Source: Candidatus Bathyarchaeota archaeon (GTDB lineage: Archaea > Thermoproteota > Bathyarchaeia > 40CM-2-53-6). Taken from it: a DNA stretch of 29,479 bases. The DNA lies in the NCBI GenBank assembly GCA_005882955.1, contig VBBB01000067.1, positions 1,745-31,223 on the forward strand. Reading direction: 5' to 3'. This document shows positions 18,138 through 25,920 of this stretch, one piece after another (position 1 is the stretch's first letter; each line of letters starts with the position of its first letter). The notes under the pieces are model-generated. The model made no database searches and was not told where the DNA came from. It worked only from the letters and a program-made list of their open reading frames with translations. The position numbers and the translations under genes were made by a program.

Positions 18138-18545
18138 GTGACAAAATCCGCAACTCGCCTACGAGTCTCGGTCAGAAAGAGGACTAATGTACGACTGAGA
18201 GTCGTCGGGTTGGCTGTTGTGGTAATAGTTATGGCTGCAGCACTAACGTATCTCCTGATTCCGCCGTTGACAATTGACGTCTCGGGCGTTGTAAGTATTC
18301 AATCAGCGTATCAAGTAAATTTTGACAGTCTTTCACAATTTCCTTATTCCGTTAGAATCGACGCTAGTGGAAGGTATTCAATTAGCATTCCAAACCAACA
18401 GTCCTACGCGGTCTTCTTGTACTTGGAAAGTAGTTCAGGCAACGGTCTTGCAGCCCTGCTAAGATGCGGAACCATAGATCTGTACCAGACCACGAAACTC
18501 GGATCAGCCTACAACTATAACATAGTCCCGGGACAATGCTCGTGA
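18138..18545 (+). CDS. Hypothetical N-terminally anchored/secreted protein
   Basis: Basic N-terminus, then TM segment VVGLAVVVIVMAAALTYLLIPP and a beta-rich remainder. TTTAAA box at 18098-18103. Confidence 0.6.
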   Translation: MTKSATRLRVSVRKRTNVRLRVVGLAVVVIVMAAALTYLLIPPLTIDVSGVVSIQSAYQVNFDSLSQFPYSVRIDASGRYSISIPNQQSYAVFLYLESSSGNGLAALLRCGTIDLYQTTKLGSAYNYNIVPGQCS

Positions 18546-18627
18546 GTCAGATAGTGAATCCTACTAACTCCCACGAGATAAGTGAAATGAGCAAAATCTC
18601 TAAACCGTCAGGCAGTTAACATAGCCC

Positions 18628-19539
18628 TTGTTCGACTCTCAAGCCCTTGACTCGTTCAAGAAATCAGGCGACATCGTAGCTAGGCTGCGTAAGGAAGTCC
18701 CTGGTCTAGTCAAGTATGGCAAGCCTGCCATCCAAATCTGTGAAGGACTAGAACAGAAAATCAGGGACTTTGGCGGAAAACCCGCTTTTCCCGTCAACGT
18801 TGGAATAAATGACGTTGCAGCACACTACACTTCGCCTCCCGGTGACACCCTAACAATACCCGCCGCTTCCCTGGTGAAAGTGGATTTTGGGGTCCATGTC
18901 GAGGGTTATGTCACGGATACTTCAGTCACTATCTGCCTAGACCCGAGGTTCGAACCCTTAGCTCAAGCAGCGGATGAGGCTCTCCAGAATGCGATACGTG
19001 CGTTCAAGCCCGGTGTCAAGCTCTCTGAGATAGGACGAATAGTCCAGACCACCATCACCCGGGTAGGCCTACGGCCCATTAGCAATTTGACCGGCCACAA
19101 GATCGAACGATACACGATACACGCAGGAAAATCCGTCCCCAGCGTCTCGGCGATGGGAATGAACGGGACAAAGATCGAAGAGGGCGAGGTCTTCGCCATC
19201 GAACCCTTCGTGACCCTAGCAAAGGCCCAGGGAGCAGTCACTAACGGTTCAAGTGCCTACATCTACAGGTTCGCAAAACCAAAAGGCGCAACCTCAGAAG
19301 ACTCCAAAAAAGTACTTGCCTTCATACAAGCCAATTTCTCGACCCTCCCCTTCGCGTCGAGATGGCTAGAGAAAGCATTCCCAAGAGAAGTCGGCAAAAA
19401 GGCGCTTCAGGACCTAATCCGGAACAAGTGCATAAGCGCCTACCCAGTTCTGATAGAGGCAAGCAACAACCCAGTAGCTCAATCAGAACACACTGTCCTA
19501 GTAAATCACGACAGCTGTACCATACTTACCGGACAGTAA
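18628..19539 (+). CDS. map: Methionine aminopeptidase type II
   Basis: AFPVN, AAHYT, KVDFGVHVEGYVTDT, LTGHKI, FAIEPF and AQSEHT metal-ligand motifs. Confidence 0.97.
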   Translation: MFDSQALDSFKKSGDIVARLRKEVPGLVKYGKPAIQICEGLEQKIRDFGGKPAFPVNVGINDVAAHYTSPPGDTLTIPAASLVKVDFGVHVEGYVTDTSVTICLDPRFEPLAQAADEALQNAIRAFKPGVKLSEIGRIVQTTITRVGLRPISNLTGHKIERYTIHAGKSVPSVSAMGMNGTKIEEGEVFAIEPFVTLAKAQGAVTNGSSAYIYRFAKPKGATSEDSKKVLAFIQANFSTLPFASRWLEKAFPREVGKKALQDLIRNKCISAYPVLIEASNNPVAQSEHTVLVNHDSCTILTGQ

Positions 19540-19900
19540 TTAACAGTCAACAACATGTCCGCAAGGAGACAGCCCCAGAGATTCAGCATCAATCCATATC
19601 CCATAATCGCAGATAAGCGCGGCGGATGGTCGTCCCCTGAAAACCGCCTAGGAATCGCCATAGAATCAGAAAACCGACCATCATCGCGCTAGTCTTGCCA
19701 GATCGGTGAAGACGAGCCCGCCGACCACTCTAACATTTCCCGGTCAAATTTCAACAGGCTCATAAATCTAGAATATTTTCGAAAACGACTGAACCTTGCG
19801 ACGCGGATCCAACGAAGTCTTGAGCCATGCAAGACAGCTGTCTCTTTTCTTATCTTTCTTTTTCTACTAACTATTTCTCGACCCCCCAGGGGGTATGTCC

Positions 19901-19936
19901 AAACAAAAAAGTCCTTCACACTTTCAGTGCAAGACT
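19901..19936 (-). terminator. Hairpin plus T-run downstream of the DUF1512 gene pair
   Basis: On the minus strand AGTCTTGCAC-TGAAA-GTGTGAAGGACT (bulged stem) is followed by TTTTTGTTT. Confidence 0.45.
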
Positions 19937-20001
19937 GCCACCAATGCTACACGGAAGAAGCCGGTATAGGCCGGAGAACCTTATCCTGTGCTAGGAACGG
20001 G

Positions 20002-20391
20002 CTAGCGGCGTGTGGGTCCGTCGTAGTAAATGCCCGTTATCGAGAGGCTCGCGACCCCGCACTGGGTGCACATGCCCAGCTTCTTGAAGACAAAATCGCC
20101 GACTGCGAAATTCTTGATCTGCTTGAAGCTGCACTGTGGACATTTCACTATCGACATGACCTTGAGCGGAGCCGGGTTGGCTAACGCGTAGCCCCGTCTG
20201 ACTCTGAAGACTGAAAGAACAACAAACCCGAACGATAGCACCGCGACCGTGAAGTACAATGTCGCCAGAGTAACGTCTGAACTGAATGTCGACAGTGCGA
20301 GGTTGAGTGTGTAGAAGGCGATTATGATTAGGACTATGGAGATCAGCATTACTCCTATTGAGGGACCGCTCCGCGGTCTCGGCTGAGACAC
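20002..20391 (-). CDS. Two-TM membrane protein with C-terminal Zn ribbon
   Basis: Two hydrophobic helices followed by CPQC-x19-CTQC. It lies 10 nt downstream of the DUF1512 gene. Confidence 0.8.
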   Translation of the reverse strand: MSQPRPRSGPSIGVMLISIVLIIIAFYTLNLALSTFSSDVTLATLYFTVAVLSFGFVVLSVFRVRRGYALANPAPLKVMSIVKCPQCSFKQIKNFAVGDFVFKKLGMCTQCGVASLSITGIYYDGPTRR

Positions 20392-20400
20392 TTTAACAGT

Positions 20401-21531
20401 CTACTGTCCTATGCCTATCGTGTTGCCTATTCCGGCGATTATAACCGTGTCGCCGGGCTTGCTCCGTTCCACGATGAGGTTCTTAATCCTCTCGATAACC
20501 TTGTCTCCCGCCTCAAGTATCTCTTTCTTCATAGGAGTAATCGCCTCCAGAATACTCTCTTTGACAATGACCGCGTAGACCGGTATCTTCTGCTTAGTAG
20601 CTTCCTGCTCGATCTTGAAACGCTCCGTCCCAATTCCACCAATCGCGGCCCCAATGCCCTCACTGATCTCACCCGTCGTCTCGCCCTCGAACTTCAACGC
20701 GGCATCCACCATCACGATCATCGAAACCTTTCCATCATTCTCTTGAAGGAGGGATTGTATGGCGTCCCCCGGTTTTCCAACATTCCCCCCCGGACCCTCG
20801 GCCTTGAGAGCGATTATTCTCCGATCCTCCATCGTCGTCTCAGCAACCATGATATCCTTCTCGACCTTACGCTGAGCCTTATCCTTCATCAACTTGGACG
20901 CAACAAGCGGCCCAAGCCCATCCCCTATCGGCTGCCCCTCAGCAAAAGCTCGCCCCGCACCCAGGTAGGCTTCAGCCTCCTGCATAATCATAGGAAGTAG
21001 AGCCTGAAGCTGAATGATGATGAATATACTATTCGTCTTCTTACCCAGAAGATAGAAGTGGCGTATTATCCGGAAAATAGTGTTCAAGGCCCAAGAAGCC
21101 TCGACAAGGTTCTCAAGGTTGTTGACCTGAGCGGAGTCGGCACCGGGCGCCATCTTCTGAACATCCTCCTTGAACTTCACATCACGAACATCCAAGAGAT
21201 GGTCGAACTTGCTCACAATGCCCGACGGGTCCATGTCCACCGGAGTAATCAAGAATGATTCCATCAGCACATTTAGTTGAGGCAATGGGTCCATGGTCGG
21301 CTTGCCGATCTCCTTGATAGTCTTCAACGCCAGATCCTTCGCCTGGGTCCGAATGAGGTCGAGGCGTCGTAATCCCCTGTCAATATCCCACATGTACTGA
21401 CGCATCTGGAGCTTCTGCCCAAATCCGAAGAAGAGAAGGACAAACAGGAGTGTGAAGATTAACTGAGTGACAGTGCCTAGATTGTTGAAAATGCTGCTTA
21501 GAGGGCTTAGAGGGCTGAAAATATCGAGCAA
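20401..21531 (-). CDS. DUF1512 family protein
   Basis: N-terminal TM, PVDMDPSGIV, GDGLGPLVA, AEGPGGNVGKPG, VDAALKFEGE.TG, GAAIGGIG.ER and IAGIGNTIGIGQ match my recall of this conserved archaeal family. Confidence 0.85.
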   Translation of the reverse strand: MLDIFSPLSPLSSIFNNLGTVTQLIFTLLFVLLFFGFGQKLQMRQYMWDIDRGLRRLDLIRTQAKDLALKTIKEIGKPTMDPLPQLNVLMESFLITPVDMDPSGIVSKFDHLLDVRDVKFKEDVQKMAPGADSAQVNNLENLVEASWALNTIFRIIRHFYLLGKKTNSIFIIIQLQALLPMIMQEAEAYLGAGRAFAEGQPIGDGLGPLVASKLMKDKAQRKVEKDIMVAETTMEDRRIIALKAEGPGGNVGKPGDAIQSLLQENDGKVSMIVMVDAALKFEGETTGEISEGIGAAIGGIGTERFKIEQEATKQKIPVYAVIVKESILEAITPMKKEILEAGDKVIERIKNLIVERSKPGDTVIIAGIGNTIGIGQ

Positions 21532-21899
21532 TGCAACAGATAGCAGCCGATGTCCCCCGAGCGCTGAAGGTTAATTGTCCCCTGCGCGTTATAAAGATTG
21601 ATTACGCGCGATTTCCCAATCATAACTCTGAAGATAGAAAAAATCGATGAAGCAAAATTCTAGAACTTTCCAGAATTTTCAAATGAGGTTGGCAGCGGTC
21701 TAAGCTTCGCGTGGGATCTCTCACCACACTACCACAGAGATCGCCTGGGAGATTCACTTCCGTGCTTCCGGTACGAGCGTTCCTCGTTCTTTCGGAATGG
21801 GTACGGGTCCTAGCTCCCAGCTATGGCCGCCAACCCCACTAAACCCCACGGGTCAGAAATCGCTTACATAAGCCTTCCCGGAAAAGCCCGTCCATCCGA

Positions 21900-23849
21900 T
21901 CAATACGTGAACGAGGGTTGAGGCGGACCGTGCGATCGGGACCTGTCCCGCCGCGTAACCGCGACAGCGATAAGGATGAAGAATATGAGGACTGCAACCG
22001 CAGCAAATAGGAATAGCGGTAGACCAGCCACCTTCACAGTAGTAAGATCAGGAATCCCGTTCACTGTCACAACGACCTGGCCCTGCGCAGAGCTGAATTG
22101 GTTCTTTGAGGCCTGGACTGTCAGGACATTAGTAGAGCTCTGGAGAGGAGTAGTGTAGATTACTGTATAGTTTCCATTCCCACCATCGGTAAGACCAGAG
22201 AAGCTGCCGCCCGATGTCGAGGTCATGGTGAGACTTGCACCTGCGATCAAGTCAGTCCCATTAGTCACCATGATCATCAGGAGAACCTCCGCCCCAGGGG
22301 TGGTAGTCCCGGGCTTCGCGGCAACTGCGACTGTCAGAGGGGGATAAGGATTCACGGTAATAGTCGTCCTTGCAACAGCGTTGAGGTAGCCAGGTGCGCT
22401 CGCAATGACTTGGATTACATCATTAAGGGTCGAGCTTACTGTAGGCGCAGTAAAGTTGGCAACATAGGTCCCGGGGATAGTCATCACTGGCTGGCTGAGT
22501 GTTCCGCCGGCTGAGGAGGTGAGGGTTAGATTGGCTCCTGTGATCGGGCCTGTGCTGTTTCTAACGGTCACTGTAAGATTTGACACACTTGCCGATCTCA
22601 GAATAGCTGGACTCGCGGTTAGCGTAGCGCTCAGTGGCGGAATGATTATCCCCAAGGCGTAGACCTTCGCGTCTTTAGCGCCGATGTAGACCCGGGTATC
22701 GGCCACCGCAGGTGAAGAGGAAACCTGTCCGCCAGTCAAGTACCTCCACAAAAAGGTGCCTGTCATCAAATTGATCGCGTACAAGTAGCGATCATTAGAA
22801 CCAAAAAACACGGCCTTAGATCCAAGAGCTATGGCAGGAGAGGATGCCACCGCCCCGCCAGTAGGAGTCGTATACGACCATATCTGGACACCAGTGGTCG
22901 CGTTACGAGCATACACGATACCTCTACCCGTCCCAAAGTAGACTACGCCATTATAGATCGCGGGAGACGTCGCGTTGGAACCGCTTGGGGTGTTGAACGA
23001 CCATACCAGGCTGCCCGTGATTTGTTTCAGAACAAGGACCCTGGTACTGTCAAGGCCAACGTAGACATTGCCGTACGCTGTAGCGGGCGCCGTGGTTATC
23101 GTAGTCGGGACCGCTGTATTGTAATTCCAGACTGTCTTCCCAGTCGTCTCATTCAAGGCGACAACGACGGCGTTGCTGATAGCGCCTATCCCAAAGAATA
23201 CGAGTCCATTGCTTACGGCGGCCGAACCCTCGATGTAGTCGGAAATAGTCGCTCTCCAGAAGACTGTTCCATCTTGGGGATTTAGTGCTAGAAACTCGGC
23301 CCTGCCTGCTGATGGAGAATACAACGTGCCGTAGAACAGCTTGCCATCTGCTAGGACCGGGGATGATACGACAGCTGCGACGTTCGATATTCGCCAGAGC
23401 ATTGAACCAGTATTCTCATCAAGAGCGTAGACAGTAAAATCCTTGGATGCTAGGTAGACCATCCCGTTTCCCACCGCGGGAGTTGCAACTATGTTTGATC
23501 CAGTCGTGAATGACCAAATGAGGGATCCGGTGTACTCGTCAAGCGCGTACAGCTTACCATCATAAGACGGGATGAATACAAATCCATCAGACACAACCGG
23601 CGAGGCGTAAACGACACCTCCCGTAGTGTAGCTCCACATTAGACTTGCAGAGGTAGGACCAGACGCTGGGGTAGCACCGTTCCGCCCGGCATCATAGTGA
23701 AACATCGTCCAAGGATAGTCGGTGGTCCCTACAGGTCCTGCATTTACAAAACTCAGCGGATCGCGATGATCTGTTGAAGTGTCAGTTGGCAAGAACACAA
23801 GAAGGCTTAGAGTGAGGAATACGATGACAACACCTAGACCCATCATCAC
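21900..23849 (-). CDS. Cell-surface protein: 8-bladed PQQ-like/BamB-type beta-propeller, two Ig-like repeats and a C-terminal TM anchor
   Basis: N-terminal hydrophobic signal, WTMFHYD..RNG closure strand, eight W.x.T...SSP.V..G.VY...D...YAL...TG repeats, two similar beta-sandwich repeats, many N-x-S/T sequons, then TM and a basic tail. Confidence 0.88.
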   Translation of the reverse strand: MMMGLGVVIVFLTLSLLVFLPTDTSTDHRDPLSFVNAGPVGTTDYPWTMFHYDAGRNGATPASGPTSASLMWSYTTGGVVYASPVVSDGFVFIPSYDGKLYALDEYTGSLIWSFTTGSNIVATPAVGNGMVYLASKDFTVYALDENTGSMLWRISNVAAVVSSPVLADGKLFYGTLYSPSAGRAEFLALNPQDGTVFWRATISDYIEGSAAVSNGLVFFGIGAISNAVVVALNETTGKTVWNYNTAVPTTITTAPATAYGNVYVGLDSTRVLVLKQITGSLVWSFNTPSGSNATSPAIYNGVVYFGTGRGIVYARNATTGVQIWSYTTPTGGAVASSPAIALGSKAVFFGSNDRYLYAINLMTGTFLWRYLTGGQVSSSPAVADTRVYIGAKDAKVYALGIIIPPLSATLTASPAILRSASVSNLTVTVRNSTGPITGANLTLTSSAGGTLSQPVMTIPGTYVANFTAPTVSSTLNDVIQVIASAPGYLNAVARTTITVNPYPPLTVAVAAKPGTTTPGAEVLLMIMVTNGTDLIAGASLTMTSTSGGSFSGLTDGGNGNYTVIYTTPLQSSTNVLTVQASKNQFSSAQGQVVVTVNGIPDLTTVKVAGLPLFLFAAVAVLIFFILIAVAVTRRDRSRSHGPPQPSFTY

Positions 23850-23981
23850 TGAGGGCTAGTGGCGAATCCCGTCACAAAAGAGGCATGTAACCCAACCATG
23901 CCTCTTTCCGGGTCTAGCTTCCACAGGGCGAAAACAAGATTAACCCAACTGCTTGATAGGCGCGACCTAAGGTGTAATTCT

Positions 23982-24263
23982 CTGATATTCGCATTCCTGA
24001 TCTTCTACCGGGTAAGACCCCTAACTGAGGCTGACAAGAAGAAAGCGACCGCTGGTTGGGAACAATTCAAGAAGAACCTTTCCAAAGACGTAGAGATCGT
24101 CGCTGAATACGCCCATATCTGGGGCACCACATACAACGGAATGATCACAGTCGAATCCCGGGATCTCTCCGCCTTCCATGACTTCTGGCACAGATTCCGC
24201 GAAACAACCCGATGGTATGTCCCTGAGACAAGGACTTACATTGCGCAGAAAGAACAACCATAG
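23982..24263 (+). CDS. Small alpha/beta protein, possibly a dimeric alpha+beta barrel (GYD-like)
   Basis: (M)IFAFLIFYRVRPLTEADKKKATAGWEQFKKNLSKDVEIVAEYAHIWGTTYNGMITVES... A CTG start at 23982 is preferred because the upstream ORF extension looks non-coding. Confidence 0.6.
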   Translation: MIFAFLIFYRVRPLTEADKKKATAGWEQFKKNLSKDVEIVAEYAHIWGTTYNGMITVESRDLSAFHDFWHRFRETTRWYVPETRTYIAQKEQP

Positions 24264-24378
24264 AACGAGTCATCAGCTGATCCCAACAGCTACGATCAGA
24301 CAAATGATTCAGTTATCTTTATACTGATAGTTTTCGAGCCGGCCGCTCGGTGGGGCCTCGAGCCTTCAAATCAGTTGA

Positions 24379-24569
24379 GGGGCCGTAGTCTAGCCAGACC
24401 CATTCCAAGAGATGGGTCCTAGAAAGGAATGACGACGGGCTCCAGAATATATTACAACGGGTAAGCAGACCTCCAGTTGGCGGGATGACGAAATTCAGGA
24501 GCGCGTGAAGATACCCGTAGACGAAAGACTCGGCGGATGTCGTGGGTTCAAATCCCACCGGCCCCACCA
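24379..24569 (+). tRNA. trnW: tRNA-Trp(CCA) with three introns (17/17a, 37/38, 45/46) and encoded CCA
   Basis: Acceptor stem GGGGCCG/CGGCCCC-A-CCA; T arm GTGGG-TTCAAAT-CCCAC; anticodon arm ACGGG-CTCCAG^A-CCCGT. Removing 24396-24424, 24446-24512 and 24521-24538 gives a normal 77-nt cloverleaf. Confidence 0.92.
24446..24512 (+). ncRNA. Anticodon-loop intron with box C/D-like guide elements
   Basis: ACGGGT (24457-62) is complementary to tRNA nt 38-43 and followed by D-like CAGA (24466-69). C-like ATGACGA (24485-91) and GTGAAGA (24505-11). TCAGGAGC (24495-24502) is 7/8 complementary to the anticodon region. Confidence 0.65.
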
Positions 24570-24581
24570 TATCTACAACAC

Positions 24582-24591
24582 TCTTCTTTTT
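24582..24591 (+). terminator. T-rich archaeal terminator after tRNA-Trp
   Basis: TCTTCTTTTT, 13 nt after the CCA end. Confidence 0.5.
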
Positions 24592-24769
24592 GATTGCGGA
24601 CGTTGAGGAAACAAGAACGTATCTTGTACGGGGACCAAGCTGTAAAGTAGGCATACTGGCTTACGAGGTTCACCCTTGCCGCAGCTTTCCACGGGAACGG
24701 TCTGGCCAAGCAGTCGCATGCTTAATCTTAATACCAGAACTACTATCGTCGTAGCACGTAGAACACGTC

Positions 24770-25183
24770 TTGACAGGCGAGAAATCCGACGCGACCACTA
24801 GGGCCCCACCGAGGAGTTATCCGAAGATCCTCCTCAACGTTGCCCTAGTATTGGTAGCAGTCACGGCAATCCTTCACTTGTACATCGGAATATGGGTCTA
24901 TGGAATACCGCTTGGCGTCCCGTTAATCCTGATAGGACTCGTGTATCTGGGTGGCATCGGTCTCGTAGCAGTAAACAATCGGCGTGATCTCTGGCTCAAA
25001 ATCGGCATCTACTGGGTCATCATTGTCATCGTCCTCTGGGCAGCATCCGCAGCTGTCAACGCGCCAAACACCAACATCGCGCTAGCCTACGTTGCCAAAG
25101 CAGTAGAGTTTGTCCTGCTTGGAATCCTTCTCCGGATAAGAACAGCCCGATCATATGGAATCAAGAGCGGAATCGGTAACTGA
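24770..25183 (+). CDS. Hypothetical 4-TM membrane protein
   Basis: Four hydrophobic helices; AILHLYIG...KAVE pattern. Confidence 0.7.
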   Translation: MTGEKSDATTRAPPRSYPKILLNVALVLVAVTAILHLYIGIWVYGIPLGVPLILIGLVYLGGIGLVAVNNRRDLWLKIGIYWVIIVIVLWAASAAVNAPNTNIALAYVAKAVEFVLLGILLRIRTARSYGIKSGIGN

Positions 25184-25206
25184 AAACGGCGTCAGAATTC
25201 GTTATT

Positions 25207-25313
25207 GAGACTGGTTCTCGAATCGCTCCTGAACCGGTTCTTGAAAAAAGACCGTTGCCAGTGAGCTCTTTTCCGAAAAAAGGATTCTCGACTCAGGAGC
25301 AGAATCGAGTCTC
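25207..25313. repeat. Imperfect long inverted repeat upstream of the acyl-CoA cluster
   Basis: GAGACT (25207-12)/AGTCTC (25308-13), GCTCCTGA (25225-32)/TCAGGAGC (25293-300), and inner GAAAAAAG/CTCTTTTC. Confidence 0.4.
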
Positions 25314-25413
25314 GCGCCCGCCTGTGAAAGACAATGACTAACCCTAAGCAGGACAGAATCCCGTGTTTCCTCGTCACAAGGCTAAATTCCGACGGCTAGA
25401 AGCCCGGAAGGTT

Positions 25414-25920
25414 ATGAGACCCTCGAAGCCGGTCAGCGATTCGAAATCCACCTTATCATCTCAGATGCTGCCGAGCGATGCGAACCCGATGGGGTTCGGC
25501 CACGGAGGAACGATACTCAAACTCGTCGATGTCGCAGCAGGAGTGACAGCCCTACGCCACACCCGACAGACGGTGGTCACCGCTAGCATGGACCGGATGG
25601 ACTTTTACAACCCAGTCTATGTTGGAAACCTCCTCACGCTCAAAGCCTCACTAAACTACGCGGGCCATACGTCAATGGAAGTAGGAGTTAGAATTGAAGC
25701 AGAGGACCTCAAGACCGGCAAAGTTACTCACACGGGATCCTCATACCTCACTTATGTTGCTATGGACGAAAACGGAAAGCCGACTGAGATCCCCGACGTC
25801 GTTCCAGAATCCCCTGATGAGAAACGTCGATGGAAGGATGCGAAGAGAAGGCGAGAAGAACGCTTGAGAATGGTCGCGTTGGTCAAGAAGGAAAGGGCCG
25901 CAGAGAACTCTTTCAAATGA
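25414..25920 (+). CDS. Acyl-CoA thioesterase, HotDog fold (YciA-like)
   Basis: MLPSDANPMGFGHGGTILKLVD, VVTAS.D.MDF..PV.VG, GHTSMEVGVRIEAED and TYVAMDE. ATG at 25414 preferred. Confidence 0.92.
   Translation: MRPSKPVSDSKSTLSSQMLPSDANPMGFGHGGTILKLVDVAAGVTALRHTRQTVVTASMDRMDFYNPVYVGNLLTLKASLNYAGHTSMEVGVRIEAEDLKTGKVTHTGSSYLTYVAMDENGKPTEIPDVVPESPDEKRRWKDAKRRREERLRMVALVKKERAAENSFK

Noticed and set aside
21600-21899. Possible ~53-aa GTG-initiated ORF or ncRNA between DUF1512 and the propeller gene
   Set aside because: There is no motif, hydrophobic segment or convincing structure.
22800-23650. Periodic sequence similarity, checked as a possible CRISPR array or tandem repeat
   Set aside because: It reflects protein-level propeller repeats with no identical DNA repeats or spacers.
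24423-24430. Alternative 8-nt intron at tRNA position 22/23 (TCCT-AGAA-AGGA hairpin)
   Set aside because: It is implausibly short and leaves an oversized D-loop. The 17/17a solution gives proper bulges and a standard cloverleaf.
24319-24754. ORFs 24319-24654(-) and 24542-24754(+)
   Set aside because: These are shadow translations of the tRNA gene (VGPVGFEPTT is the antisense T arm).
13580-25285. Recurring TTTT(C)GAAA-like words in intergenic regions (~13583, 13605, 19776, 21676, 25269)
   Set aside because: They are too short and variable to separate from AT-rich intergenic background without a statistical test.
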